Positions 11,474-24,767 of a DNA stretch of 64,000 nt are shown here, piece after piece. Below the pieces are notes generated by a model. The model ran no database searches. It was not told where the DNA came from and saw only the letters and a list, made by a program, of their open reading frames with translations. The translations under genes were made by a program, and so were the position numbers. Each line of letters starts with the position of its first letter. Within the stretch, counting starts at the first letter, position 1. The stretch covers positions 62,992,001 to 63,056,000 of the forward strand of contig NC_043001.1 in the NCBI RefSeq assembly GCF_006345805.1, read 5' to 3'. Source of the DNA: Octopus sinensis. Taxonomy: Eukaryota.

Positions 11474-12810
11474 CACTGCAAACTGAGATAATAGTTCATG
11501 ATGATTTTTTTAGATTTTTTTAAATAACTACCAGAGGGATTTTGAAGAAAATTTACATCATAATATAGTACACTATTTATGGTTTGTACACAAAATTTAG
11601 TACTTGCAGCTTTTTTAGTTTTTATATTGATCAACAATTTTCTTTTTCAGCTGAACAGAATTAATAGTCCTAATATTGATTTCGAAAGATGGGGCATGAG
11701 AAAGATCTTACAGAGTATGAGCGGAGCCAAATTATAAAAGAAATAGGTAAAGGCAAGTCTGTAGATGAAGTGGCCAAGAAACTAGGTCGTCATGTGAAAA
11801 CAGTTTGCAGATATTTACAAAATCACAAGTATCGGAATGATAAAGGCAAGACCTGAACAGTCACAGCATGAGACATTTCCCATCTCAAGTGATGCTTACT
11901 TAAAAATCTTGGATGTACTAGTAAAGCTTTATTTGCAGATACTGGTATTGAAAATATCAACAAAACAACCAGAAATAAAGTAATTGGTAGCTTTGTGAAA
12001 GAGAAGAAACCTAAATGCAAGCCTCTGTTGACTCCCAGACACAAAAAAGCTCAGTTAGAATGGGGTAGAATGTATATGAAGACTGATGTCAAGCATATTT
12101 TGTTCACTGACGGGTGCCGAGCCATACTAGATGGGCCTGATGGTTGGGCTAAGGGGTGGGTGTTTTATGACAACTCTGCTCACATGTGTTTGTGCCATCA
12201 GCAAGAGGGTGGATGAGTCATGTTTTGGGCTGGAATCATGGGAGACAGGATGATTGGTCCATTTAAAGTGCCAGAAGGTGTGAAGATTAATTCTGTCACA
12301 TACTGTAACTTTATTAGGGATGTCCTAACTGACTGACTGGATGAGCTCGCATTATCTGAACTTAGCAAGGTTATTTTTATGCACAATAAGGCCCCACCAC
12401 ATGCTGCTAAGAGAACTGAAGAGACCCTCTCCTCATTGGGATTCAAAGGAGAAACTTTAATGAAGTGGCCAGCCTGTTCTCCAGATTTGAATCCCATTGA
12501 GAACCTTTGGAGCTTCGTCAAATGTAATATCTACCAGAATGGCAAGCAGTACACATCTAAGGAAACACTTGGGAAGGCAATACAAGACTCTGCTAAGGCA
12601 GTCCTACCCTCTATACTAGGACTATTATCACGGTCACCTGAAAAATAAGTATGCTAAATAATATGGAAACTAAGACAGTTACATATAAATTTTGTATACA
12701 AACCAAAAATAGTGTACTGTACTATCTTGTAAATTTTCTTCAAAATTCCTCAGGTAGTTATTTAGAAAATCTAAAAAAATCATCATGGACTATTATCTCA
12801 GTTTGCAGTG
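11474..12810 (+). mobile_element. Tc1-like DD37E (TRT-type) transposon, full length, decayed
   Basis: TA then CACTGCAAACTGAGATAATAG; ~130-bp TIRs, with the right end CTATTATCTCAGTTTGCAGTG at 12810. Transposase about 11693-12648 has in-frame stops and the motifs LFTDG, LDGPDGW, FMHNKAPPH and WPACSPDLNPIENLW; 37 residues lie between the second D position and E. Confidence 0.85.
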
Positions 12811-13124
12811 CAGACATGCATACACTCAAATTTACTCATAATTCAAAATGTTCAGAAAATTTAGTAATTTTTAAAAACAAAAGAAATTCTTAAGTTGAAA
12901 GGAAATTTGTTAGCATGTTTATACATAGAAATTCGATATCTTTTGCTTAAATAGACATTGTACTCTTTGTTATATTAGTAAACTCTACAACTACTGAGCA
13001 TTATGATGGAAGAAATAATTATTAGGGACTGTCTTAGAATGTGAGTAATGAAAGCATGTTTTGTAAATGATTGTGCCAAGGCTGTTATTTCACATAATGG
13101 TGGGTAACAAGAATATCACCTTAT

Positions 13125-16100
13125 TGTTGTTGGCATCCTTTTTGTCTTGGGAGACAATGGAGTTGCACATAAAATAATCTAGTCTAGCTTTTACATTTCA
13201 TGTCCTAATACATTTCCTGCTGTGGCTGTGTAGTCCTGTCCTGGCAGGTGCCGCAAATGTAGCGAAAACTTTTCCTGGCTGGTTTTAATGTCATAGTTTA
13301 TTGTTGACGCCTTTTCTTGTCTTTCCATTTCTCCTCTCTCTCTCTCTCTCCCTGTCACTCCATTGTATTCCCTCTTTTACGGTACGTCACCAATCTCCAC
13401 GGTTGCCGGCAACTGCCTCCCAACCGCTGATATTGATGTTGCAGGCCTTTGTGTCCCTTTTGCAAACATCCTCGTATCGTAAGAATGGTCTTCCCACAGA
13501 CCTAGTGCTCCTAGCAAGCTCTCTGTAGAGTATGTCCTTGGGGATTCTGCCATCTTCCATATGACTAACATGTCCAAGCCATCTCATACGTCTTTGTGTG
13601 AGGAGTGCAAACATGCTTGGTATTTCTGCTTGCTTGAGGACATCTTTGTTGGGGACATGATTCTGCCATTTGATGTGAAGGATTTTCCGGAGGCAGCGCA
13701 GGTGAAAGATATTTAGGCGATGCTCTTGGCGTGTGTATGGTGTCCAAGTCTCACTTCCATACAGTAGAGTAAGTACACATGCCTGGTAAATCTTCATTTT
13801 TGTGGTCTTGGTCAGCTTATTGTTGTCCCATGCCCGTTTGGAGAGTTGGGCCATCACAGCAGCTGCCTTGCCAATGCGTATATTGAGCTCAGCATCAAGG
13901 GATAGGTTGTAGATGATGGTAGAGCCAAGATAGGTAAACTTCTCCACCTCCTGTAATCTGTGGTCTCCAATATGTATGTTTGGGATGTTCGATGTAGCCT
14001 GACTCATGATGTTGGTCTTCTTGAGGCTGATAACTAAGCCAAAGTCATTACATGCTTGCTCAAAACAGTTGATGAGCCTTTGTAGGGCTTCTTCTGTGTG
14101 TGATACCAGAGCAGCATCATCAGCAAATAGCATCTCCTTGATCAGGACGCTTCTGATTTTGGTCTTGGCACGCAGGCGCGAGAGATTGAACAGTTTCCCA
14201 TCACTTCTACTGTGTAGAAACACTCCATCATCTGATGTCTGAAAGGCATGCGAGAGCAGCAGCGAGAAGAAGATGCCAAATAATGTAGGAGCAAAGACAC
14301 AACCTTGCTTTACCTCGTTTTTTATTTGGAAGGCGGCTGATGTTGAACCATTGTGCTGTATATTGCCTTGCATATCATCATGGAAAGAGTTGATGATCCT
14401 CAGCAGCTTTGGTGGACATCCGATTTTTTGGAGCGGGATGAAGAAGCCTTTTCTACTTACCAAGTCAATGGCCTTTGTCAGATCAATGAAGGCCATATAT
14501 AATGGCATTTTCTGCTCTCTGGACTTCTCTTGAAGTTGGCGTATGGAGAATATCATGTCAATAGTTGATCTGCTTCTTCTAAAGCCACACTGCGATTCTG
14601 GATAAATTCGAGAAGCAAGCAGTTGTAGCCTGGACAGGATAACGTGAGCAAAGGTCTTTCCAATAGTGCTTGGAAGAGATATTCCACGGTAATTGTTACA
14701 ATCACCACAGTCACCTTTGTTTTTGTAAAGCATAATGATGTTAGCATCCCGCATATCCTGAGGGACTGTACCCTCTTTCCAGCACTGACACAGAAGCTCA
14801 TGAAGGTGCCGAAGCAGGATGGTATTTTTGCCAGCTTTGATGATCTCTGAGGGGATGCCGTCTTTTCCCAGAGCCTTGTTACTTGCTAGGGAGTCAATAG
14901 CCTTGGAGAGCTCTGCTATAGATGGCGGACTGTCAAGTTCGCACATGACTGCAAGATCTTGACACTCTCCATTGCAGCCTCAGCTACCATGGTCTCCCGT
15001 GAGTAGAGATCCACCCATCTATCCATGTGCTTGCTTTGGTCCTTGATGAGATCTCCAGTAGTTGATTTCAGAGGGGCTGATTTGGTTGCAGATGGACCAA
15101 GGGCCTTCTTCAAACTGGCATACATCCCACGGGTGTCGCCACTGTCAGCAGCTGACTGGATACTCTGACTGATTTCCTGATTTTTGCACAGCGTCTGGCT
15201 GTCAGTTGGGTTTTATTTCTTGCCTTTCTGAGTTCTTCGAGTGACTTTGTAGAAGAATCACATTAGAGCTGCACGTTTTACTTCGATAACTGGTTCCAGC
15301 TCTGAGAGCCCAGCACTGAACCAATCTGGGTTTTGCCTTTCTCTCATGCTGAAAGTATCTATTGATGTGGTATAGAAAGCTTCCCTGATATAATTCCACC
15401 TACTTTCAGCAGAGGAGGTTGGGCAGCTACTGAGGGCAACCTTGATAGAAACAGCAAAACATTTTTGCAGTGTAGGGTCCGAGGTTCTGACAGTGTTAAT
15501 GTGTGGTTGGCCCATTTTCTTGGAGTGATGGACTTTTTTAGGCAGAATCCTCACCCTGCTTCTAATTAGTGAGTGATCTGTGTCACAATCTGCACTGTGG
15601 TAACTATGGGTCAGTTGAACAGAATTCAGAAAGGATCTTCGTGTAATGATGAGATCCAGCTGATGCCAGTGGTGAGATCTTGGATGTCTCCAAGATGCTT
15701 TGTGGGATGTCTTGTTGGCAAAGAATGTGTTGGTGATGCACAGGTTATGGTATGTGCAAAATTCAAGTAGTCTCTGACCATTGTCATTCATGTTGCCAAT
15801 ACCAAAGTGTCCAACACAAATGGGCTATAAATCATGGTCAGATCCCATGCGAGCGTTAAAATCTCCTAGAAGGTAGATGTTTTCATTGGTTGGTATATTT
15901 TTAATGACACAGTTGAGATCTTTGTAGAACTGGTCCTTGGTCTCCTCTGAGCTGTAGAGAGTGGGAGCGTAGATGCTCAGTAGATGAACTGAACCAGAAG
16001 AAGTCAAGAGGCGCAGTGAGTGGATACGCTCAGTGCCTCCTGATGGTGGTTCTATAGAAGAGAGTAACGAGTTTCTCACTACAAAGTCAACACCATGCTG

Positions 16101-16905
16101 ATGAGGTTCTTTTGGATTGCTTCTCTGCCAAAAGAAGGTGAAATCCTGTTCTTTGAGTTAGCCGTTTGAGGGGAGTCTTGTCTCCTGCAGCCCAGCAATG
16201 TCTATGTTAAGCCTCTTTAGTTCACGGTCAATGATGGCTGTCTTTCTTGTGTCTTCAACCCTGAGTAGATCATCAGATATGCCAGGGCACATAGTCCTGA
16301 CATTCCAGCTTGCTAACCGCAGGACTGGTGGTTTCTTGTCTTTCAGTTGTTTGCAGAGGTTGCAGGCCGTTTTTCAAGTCAAACTCTTAACTCCAAGCAC
16401 CCAATGAAGCAGGCCGCTTGTGGCGGGTCAGCACCTTATAACTGGGGGCTGCTAACCAATGGGACACGGAGGTCCCTCCCACCGTCAGAGGTAACCCATA
16501 GTGCCCATATCTTACGCCAATCTGAATGGACTTATCACTCATGACTGTTACCTCCCGTGTTTTTTCTGCCACTTTTTACAGCAGCACTGAAGTGTTCTCT
16601 CCAGTTTTGCACAGGCCTGGGCTAGAAATAAGAAAATCCTGGGTAGCCCAATTGTTAGGATTCCTCTCTCGACCTTGCTGATGTAGTCCAAAGGAGTGAA
16701 GAGCATTATGTTTGGCACCAGCTTGATTGCATGAGCTGCCAGAAGAGTGTCGAGTCGAACACTAAACCGCCTTCAGGGCTCCACTCTGGATTTCTTTGAA
16801 GGTTGTCTTCTTTCCGTAACCCTGGATAGGGGCTCATACCGGGTACTGTCAGCCGGAGTCAGCTGAGCCCGGGACTCGTGTCAGGTAGGGTCGTCACCTT
16901 ATATA
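13125..16905 (-). mobile_element. Near full-length RTE (BovB-like) LINE: APE endonuclease + RT, few disablements
   Basis: LRLASWNVRTM..LQETRLP, SIYAPTL, LLGDFNARMG, GQRLLEFC, DTDHSL, then the 519-aa ORF 13387-14946 with NYRGISL, ESQCGFR, MLFADDAALV and RWLGHVSHM; C-terminal GLHSHSRKC and (CAA)n-type tail. Confidence 0.92.
13387..14946 (-). pseudogene. RTE reverse transcriptase domain ORF fragment (519 aa)
   Basis: ORF track; RT motifs as listed for the parent element; separated from the endonuclease part by frameshifts. Confidence 0.9.
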
Positions 16906-19758
16906 GAGGTGTCATTACATCTCTGGCTAAGAGAAATGATGAACCATCAAGCCACTAACACATGCTCTTTGTCCTTCTGTCTGTCCGTCTGTCTCTCTCT
17001 CCTCCTCACACTATGAATTCTCCATTTCTATTTTGGGTCATCAAGCTAAATTATTGAACAGTAGTGTATATGAGTAAGGGAGCATTAGGTGTGTGTTAAA
17101 AGCTAAAAACAAGTAGGGGGAGCTAACTACACTAGATCAGCTGATGGAAAACTTGGAAAATAAAACTATTTTTATTTGGCACAGAACCTATACTGTGGAG
17201 TAATAATTCTGTGCCAAATGCACTGTTATAATTCACTGTCAATAGGGACAGGTAACCTAAAATCTATTTTTCTAATTTTCTTAGAATCCTTTCTATTTTT
17301 ACTCCTGCCAAATTCTTTGAGAGTAATAAACTACTTTTTCCGTACCTACCAGTAATTCATACTTATAAATCTCATGATTACTACAAGTCCTATCTGCTCT
17401 TATTTCTTCTCACAAATCTATTAATACATGAATGTGTGTGTGTGTTTTCTCAGTGTTAAATAACAGCTTACTCTGTATCTGATTTATTTTTGCTACTTAT
17501 GCCATTCATATAGAAAATGAAATTATGTATGTCTCATATAAAATGTTAAAATTCTGAACCAATTGTAACTATAATTACAATTTTTGATTCAATACAGGGC
17601 CAGTAGTTATGTTTACTGGAAGCAAAAGTTGATTGAATTAATCCCCATATTCTTAGAGTATACACATGAGAGTGTAACCTGTTTATATTCTGTTGTCTTT
17701 TATACATTTTTTTTTTACTAATTTATGAATTAGTTTCTTATTTATCTTAGTCTTTGTTGATTATTCATAGCTCAACTGTGATTAAAATCTTTTAGTCTGC
17801 TGTTGATAAATTGCAGTTAACTGTGATTGAAGTCTTTTCTTTAGTCTGCTGTTGTTGATTAATCATAGCACAGTTGTGATTGAGCTGCAATTAATCAACA
17901 GCAGTTGCGTACTTACTCTGTTGTAACACATTGGCGAGTACTTTTCTGGGGTGTAGCCCTTATTTCTATTGCTATTTTACACTGTTTCAATGTCTAATAT
18001 GTTTATTAAATTTTACAGAATTTTTAAACTTTCATAAGCTTGTGGTGAAATGATTGTAGCACATCACTATAAGATTCTGTTACTTTAAGCATAAGGAATA
18101 TATGAGATGTAAGCTTTTTAATAATGAAGAAGACATTATTAGGCAGAAGAAACTTCCTGAACTGAATCTGTCATTGGAATCAGCTCCATTAGTTTTTACA
18201 TCTTGTGGTAGAGAGAGAGAGAGAGAGAGAGATGTTGATGTTGATAGGCTGTTTTTTTCATTTGATTTTATTTCTTGTCAAATTTACTAGTTTATTTGCT
18301 GTGAAAGAGGTCAAAGGTTATTGTTTAGAATGTAATCTCATTGTAGGTGGGTCATGATAAATGTCAGGCTTAATTTTCCATCAGAGTTGTAGAAAGCCTT
18401 ATTTTTTATCAGTTGTTGAGGATGAATATAGGACCTCCCCAAGTCTCTCTCTACTTGATTTTTTTCTTCTTAAATTACTTGTGCTTATTATTTCTTCATA
18501 AACCCTTCATTATCACCCTATAATTCTTATTTCTTTGACTAACCTGCAAGATAGCATTCACTAGCAACCCAAATTATCATTCTACTTCCTGTTTCCACTC
18601 TAACATGGACTAGGTTCTCTTTAGCAATGCAATATTATAATATTGCATTGCCAAATCATAACACGCACACACATTGCCTGTGTTATGATTTTACTTCAGC
18701 TTAGCAATACTAATAACCAGTTCATAGAACTCAATATAGATATGCTTTAGAGTAAAGTGTTAGGCAAGTACAGGGCTTACTGCTGTTTCTGCTGTAGGAA
18801 GCAGTGTACTTAGAGCTGACTACTTATGCAGTATCTTATAGTTCACTTGAAGTTATTTTAATGGATGTTGCACAAATACTCAGCTCTGAGTGCACTGCTT
18901 TTTATAGCTGAAACAGCTGCAAGCTAATGAAGTTACTTATGTGATTCCTGTTCCGTTTTCATCTATATATTAATATGCTAAGGCTGAAATGCGTTAAGTT
19001 GGCATGTGATTAGTTGAAGGGAAAGGTGAAGAGCAAGCGGGAAGTGTTAATGACATGAGGTAAAGAGAACATAATAGTTATTACAAGGTTAAAGTGTTAG
19101 TTCAAGGGAGTGATATAGAGAAAGAAACCTAGAAATAGTATGTTTAACAGAGGGGTGATGTTCTGGTGTTGAGGTTAGAGAGAGAGTAGTGATATTATTA
19201 TTATTAGCCAATGCATTAAGCTATCTTGCGGTTAGTGGAAGTGAAAGGTAAGGAGAGAAGTGATAAATGGCCTGAAGAGGGGAATAACATGGTTAAAAAG
19301 TTTGTTGAAGTAAGAGGTAGTAAAATATAAAGTGTTTAGCAGGGGAAACTTTTAAACATCATATATTATTGCGACTAAAAAAAAAAACAATAACATTTTA
19401 ATATTCAATTTTTTATATCTTCTATCTGTTGATCTATTTATCTATCCATATTGACAAATTCATTGCTGGTTGGATGGAAGAAGGAAAGCTTATTAATATA
19501 AGATTTATAGATTTTTCAATAAAAGTGAAATAACTTAACAAAATAGCTGTGGATGTTATTATTTTTTAAAAATTCATTATTCAAACTTTGTATTGATAGC
19601 AACAAAAGTAGATTGAAACAAATACTGAGCTGAACTGACAATCTGCGACACTATTGAGGCCTATTTTGTGTTTTACTCAGTCAGTTTTTACTGCTAGTTT
19701 AAACCTATAGAGTTCATTGAGATCTTTCTTTTGCACCATTATTTTTCTTACCCTCCAG

Positions 19759-21310
19759 ATCAAAAGTTATGGAAAGAAATGAAGAAAAAGATCAAGTTGA
19801 AGATCGTGTTTTGGAGCCGAGAAGAAACGATAGACAGAGAAATGTTTCTTACATGCCCATGAAGATTCATAAGGTTGTGGATAAACCATTTCTCAAATCT
19901 GAGGAGAGTTTCATGAAAAAAAATCAACCTGGGAGCCTTACCAAGGAGGAGAAGCTGGATATTCTCTCTGTACATGCCAAGCTTCATCATAAACATGTCG
20001 TGCTGCACAATAATAAGAGACCTGGGCAAATGAAGAATGCAGATGCCACAAACCATACTGCGAACGTCATTGGTTGAAGTAATAAGTCCTGCAGTGAAAT
20101 CTGGAACAAATTTGTTCAGACTGGAGAAATTTCAGAGCAGAAGACAACTGGAAATCAAAATCCAAAGGCTTTGGTAGTTCCTGATCTTCATCTTGTGACT
20201 TCTATAATCCAGAAATTTGTCAGAGATTGTCGAGTGATTCACACTAGGACTGTTGCTCAGGATGTGATAGACTGCTGTATCCAGAATGGTTTCATTGCTG
20301 TTGCTCATCATCAACCAAAGCAAGTCCAAGCAGCTCTGTAATCTGTTCAAAGATTCCTTAAGTGAAAAGGATAGCATCGTGGAAAGAAGAAAGGAATGCT
20401 GTACTACAAGCTCTGAGCCAAGAACATTCATAAGTGGAATCTCTATACAGTCAAATTAGTTCCTTGTCAACACAGCGAAGCTGAAAGCTATATTCACAAA
20501 AATTATGCTCATCATGATGACAGTTTATATGATCTGAACGATGAGCTGGATCAACAAGTGAAAACGCAGCACAAAGAAAAGCTGTTTCATCATGGCCATT
20601 ATTGATGCTGACTGCACTGTGCCAGAAGAAGCTTGAAATGAAAATCAAGTGGCTCACTTAATGAAGGACACTCTGCATGACTTTGTAGGAGGAAAACAAA
20701 TGAAAGACTACCATGGGATGTTCAACCACAAGTATTTTTTGAGTGAATGGAAAAGCTCTTCAAAGCTGTCAGACCAAGGTATTAGTAAAGCTGTCATTGT
20801 GATGGACAATGCCAAATGTCACTGAAATCTCCCTGAAACAACACCACAAGGATGGTGGAAGAAGGCTCAAATGCAGGTGTCATGTCAAGAATGAGAGATT
20901 CCATTCAAAGCAGGAGATCTGAAGTGTGTGCTATGGGAAAAGCTGAAGGAATACAACAAACTACATGTTCTTCCAATTGTTTGTTCCGTGGAAAGAGGTC
21001 ATGAGGTCATCTTTTCTCCACCACATCATTCTGATTTGCAGCCAATCAAGCTCATATGGGCTATAGTCAGGGGAGAAGTGGGAAGTACACCACAAACACT
21101 ATCTTTGAGCAAGTGCTGGCATGATTATATGCATCATTTCAGAATCTGGAGAGCAAAACAGTCCAAGGATGCATTAAGAAGGCTAATTCTCATCTGAACA
21201 AGCTTTATGAGCATATTAGAGCCATTGAAGATGATGAAGAGTTCAAAGATGAAGTTAGTGATGGTGAAAGTGATACTTCAGGCAATAGTGATGAAGATAA
21301 CTTCAATGAA
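19759..21310 (+). mobile_element. Decayed IS630-Tc1-mariner transposase of Sailor-like (DD~82E) type
   Basis: Fragments (D)ESYIH..HHDDSLYD, KTQHK-KSCFIMAII, DYHGMFNHKYF, IVMDNAKCH and GHEVIFSPPHHSDLQPIKLIWAIVRGEVG, then an acidic tail; 80 codons between the second D and the E position (K, AAG). TIRs not identified. Confidence 0.7.
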
Positions 21311-24300
21311 TGATAAAATACACTACTATTGACCCTGGTTTCTTTTATTTTCTCTCAAAATAAAAAAAAACATTACTTTTGAACCAGAGTTGCAAAACTA
21401 CCAAACTATAGTTTATTTTACTTATCAAAGCCATATTTATCTTCCATAACATCAAAGCATTGTGTTATAAAAACAGCTTCAGTGGTGATGAGGACTGTGA
21501 AATGGACTAATCTTGGTTGGGAAACAATATAGACTGAGCTTTATTAGTATAATTTAATTTTTAATTGAACTAAATTTTTTATATCGCTTATCAATTAACA
21601 CATGTGCATAAGTACAATTATTTATCGTCTGCTCACTTGAAAATTGATATTTGTTCATAAAATATGGATGACAAACGATGTAAGCTAACAAGAATAAGAA
21701 TGAGACAGTATAGGCAACAACAGAAAGAGAAGCAGAGGGTCGAAACACTAGTACAAGCTTGGGAGCATCAGTGTGAAGAAGGGAAAATGTGAGTCAAAGA
21801 GTACAGAGTATTTACAACAGTTAAGAGAGAATGTGTTTAAGATAGAATATAAAATGAAAACGAGAGTGAACATCATGAAAACTGTAAACATATGGTTGGA
21901 TGTAACATTGTGAAGCTCTTAGATTTATAAATGAACTTCTGAACTGCTGAGAGAAATGAAAGGTGTTTTTAAATAAAAATAATGCAGCATATACAATTTA
22001 TAAATGAACACTAATATTTATGGCTTAATATAAACTTACAACCATTTAAAATGATTCTTATTTCCACGAGCACTACTGGCTAATTAATATAGATATTTTA
22101 TTAAAACTGAACCTGAGAGTTTATTAATATAGTTATTTTATTAAAACTGAAGCTAAGAGTTTGTCTTGCAACTTGAGTTCCAAGCCAGTATGATCATCAG
22201 GTGAAACACATGTATTATTTGAACCACTTCTTAAACATTTTCAAATTATGCTAAATATCTTTGAAATATTTTCCTAATTATCATATGAGGTTGTTTCTGC
22301 TCTTGTTGCAAATAGTTGGGAAGGTGGACACGTAATCAGTTCCACAGTTTTATTCCAAAGAATACACATTCAGTGCACCTTTCTAATTAGATTGTAATTA
22401 TTTTAATATTTTTGATTGAATTTTTTTTATCCCTGGCAAATACATTTCTTGTTTTGTTATAAATCACATCTTTGTACTCCTCTTGCACAATTTATTTGTT
22501 GTATGGACTTAGCAGATGTATAGCAATAAGCAATTTCTATTATAGATTTAATAAGTGTACAAATTTAGATAACTACAGCAATGTTTGGAGTTGAGAGCTA
22601 AATGTGAGATTCTTAGTAGCAGTCTATTTTACATCACTTTATAGTGAGAATTAACCAGATTATTACTGTGTCAATGAAATATAACAGTAAGATTTATTGT
22701 TATAAATAGAGGGAATAAACCATTCCGTATAATGTTCAGTTGGATTAACATCAGATTATCCCTGCCACTACATTTGGATATACATAGTTCCTTTGACTAA
22801 GCAGGAAAATGATTCTTTAAAATTCAATCATTTTTCTTTCCCAAAGTCTTTAGAAATATTCATTTTCTTTTTATAAGAATTTGTAACAAAGATTTATGGT
22901 AAATACAGTTTAACAGAGAAGACATTTACTTCAGTGATTAGCAACTTTGTCTATTATTCCAGTATTACATTCTCCGTTGGTCCAGGGAGTGCATAAAACT
23001 ATTAAAATGTCATTGGTATAGGGAGTTCAGTTATAGTTTTTTTAATTGTATTTCTGATATTGCTAAAGTTCTTTCTTCAATGAGATTTATATATTAATGT
23101 TTCTTGTTTTTTTCTATTGGGTTATATAAAGATTTAGTTACTTATGGAGAGAACTATCTGGGTTAATGTTCAATTCAGCATCATTGCTTGTCTTTAGAAC
23201 AACAGAATTTGAGAATTAGCTCTTGACAAGCACCAGTTTTACTGATTATGTCAGTGATACATAATTCTGTAATATATAAAGTATGTTCGGTATTTTGGTG
23301 CAAGTAATTAGAATTGGTTTGATTTGGTGTTATCTCGGACAGTGACAGACAAGAATAAAAGTACTTGTTTTGATTTCACTTGAGATTTTCAAAGGATAAA
23401 TGACACATTTCTCAAAAATGTATTTGTAAAATTGTATTTGCTTATAAGAATTACTCTAGTAAAAGTCGTGATATCATTTTGAGGATGTTTTGTTTTGTTT
23501 TGTTTTATGCCTCATTTGGACTTGACTGCATCCAAAATTGATTATGCAGAAAACAGTTAAAAATTTGTTAGGGATAGGAGAGAACAGTGTGTGTGTGGGG
23601 GGGGGGGGGGCAAGAATATTTTGCTGTTTCCATTTTGATTTACTAAAATAACAATCTTTTGGAACAAAGATGGAATCTCTTGTGACTTTGCTACATAGCC
23701 CTCATAAATCTCAATTTCTAGTATCAGAGGAATAAATCTCTCTAATTTTGGAAAAATGTTGCTTCATATAAAAGCAAATCTTGATATTTTCTTTTGTGGT
23801 ATTTGGCAAAATGTAGAAGAGTAATCATGATAAGCTGTTTCCAAGATTCATTTCAAGCAAATATTCTTTTATCAGTACATTGAATGTTCACTTGAATGCA
23901 CGCACACAACCTCCTTTCTCACATGCAACCGTTGTAAGCCAGATCCAACAAAAATTGCTGTCTTGTTGATAAGCAAACTTCCATTCAAAGTCTATTCCAC
24001 TGTTGTCTTCCTCAAAATGCTTCAGCTCTAACTGTATGTTCTCTTAATGTACTTTTTCTTTTATGTTAAGTTCATCTGAATGCTTTATTCAATCCTTTAT
24101 TTTTAGATATCTTTATAAAACTTCTGATGTAGTCATTAATCTCAGACCATTCAAACCAAATCAGATGTCACTACCACTAAACTGTGTGTGTTTGGCCTAA
24201 TATAGACATGTTTCTGTGTCTCCAGTCTAATAAGAGTAGTGTGCATGAGTGCATATCGTCTAATACAGTTGTTTGTGTGAGCATATGGTTGTGTCCATTC

Positions 24301-24439
24301 AGAGGTTTATTTTACATTCACCCTTGTTATATGCAAGAGTTCTAGCCATGCCAGCATGGATGTTAAATGATGATGGTTGAATTAAATGTCTTGTTGCTTT
24401 GTAATTGTGATACTGCCTAGTATAATTAACCTGTGTTTA

Positions 24440-24750
24440 CATAATAATAACAACAACAACAATAATAATGATGGACTCTCCTGTCAAAGATGACGTATGA
24501 GCGTTCAGCTTTTACCTAACAACCTGCACAAATCATTTGGTTATAATGATCAAATGCTCGTGCCACACATTAGCTCACTCTCGCCATCAAATTGACGTTG
24601 CCTGAACAGGTGCATGGTGTATCACACGTCAGGTATGAAAGTGGTTGCAGAACAATGTGAGATGGAGTGTTTTGCTGAAGAACACAATGCATCACCCAGA
24701 CTAAATTCTGAATGCAACATCCCTAACCACTTTGCCATGCACTCTCATGC
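24440..24750 (-). mobile_element. tRNA-derived SINE with RTE-like tail (degenerate)
   Basis: Minus strand GTGCATGGC..TGGTTAGGGATG head, TGTGTTCTTCAGCAAAACAC..CATCTCAC core-like segment, tail TTTGACAGGAGAGTCC(ATT)n. Confidence 0.5.
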
Positions 24751-24767
24751 AATTATAATAATAATCT

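Noticed and set aside
21737-21762. GAAACACTAGTA half-hammerhead; similar at about 22203
   Set aside because: No CUGAnGA or stem I partner upstream
22083-22162. 40-bp tandem duplication (also 26 bp at about 41640)
   Set aside because: Ordinary slippage duplications
23880-24040. Open frames on both strands in a moderately GC-richer patch
   Set aside because: No recognisable domain and no consistent acceptor/donor pair
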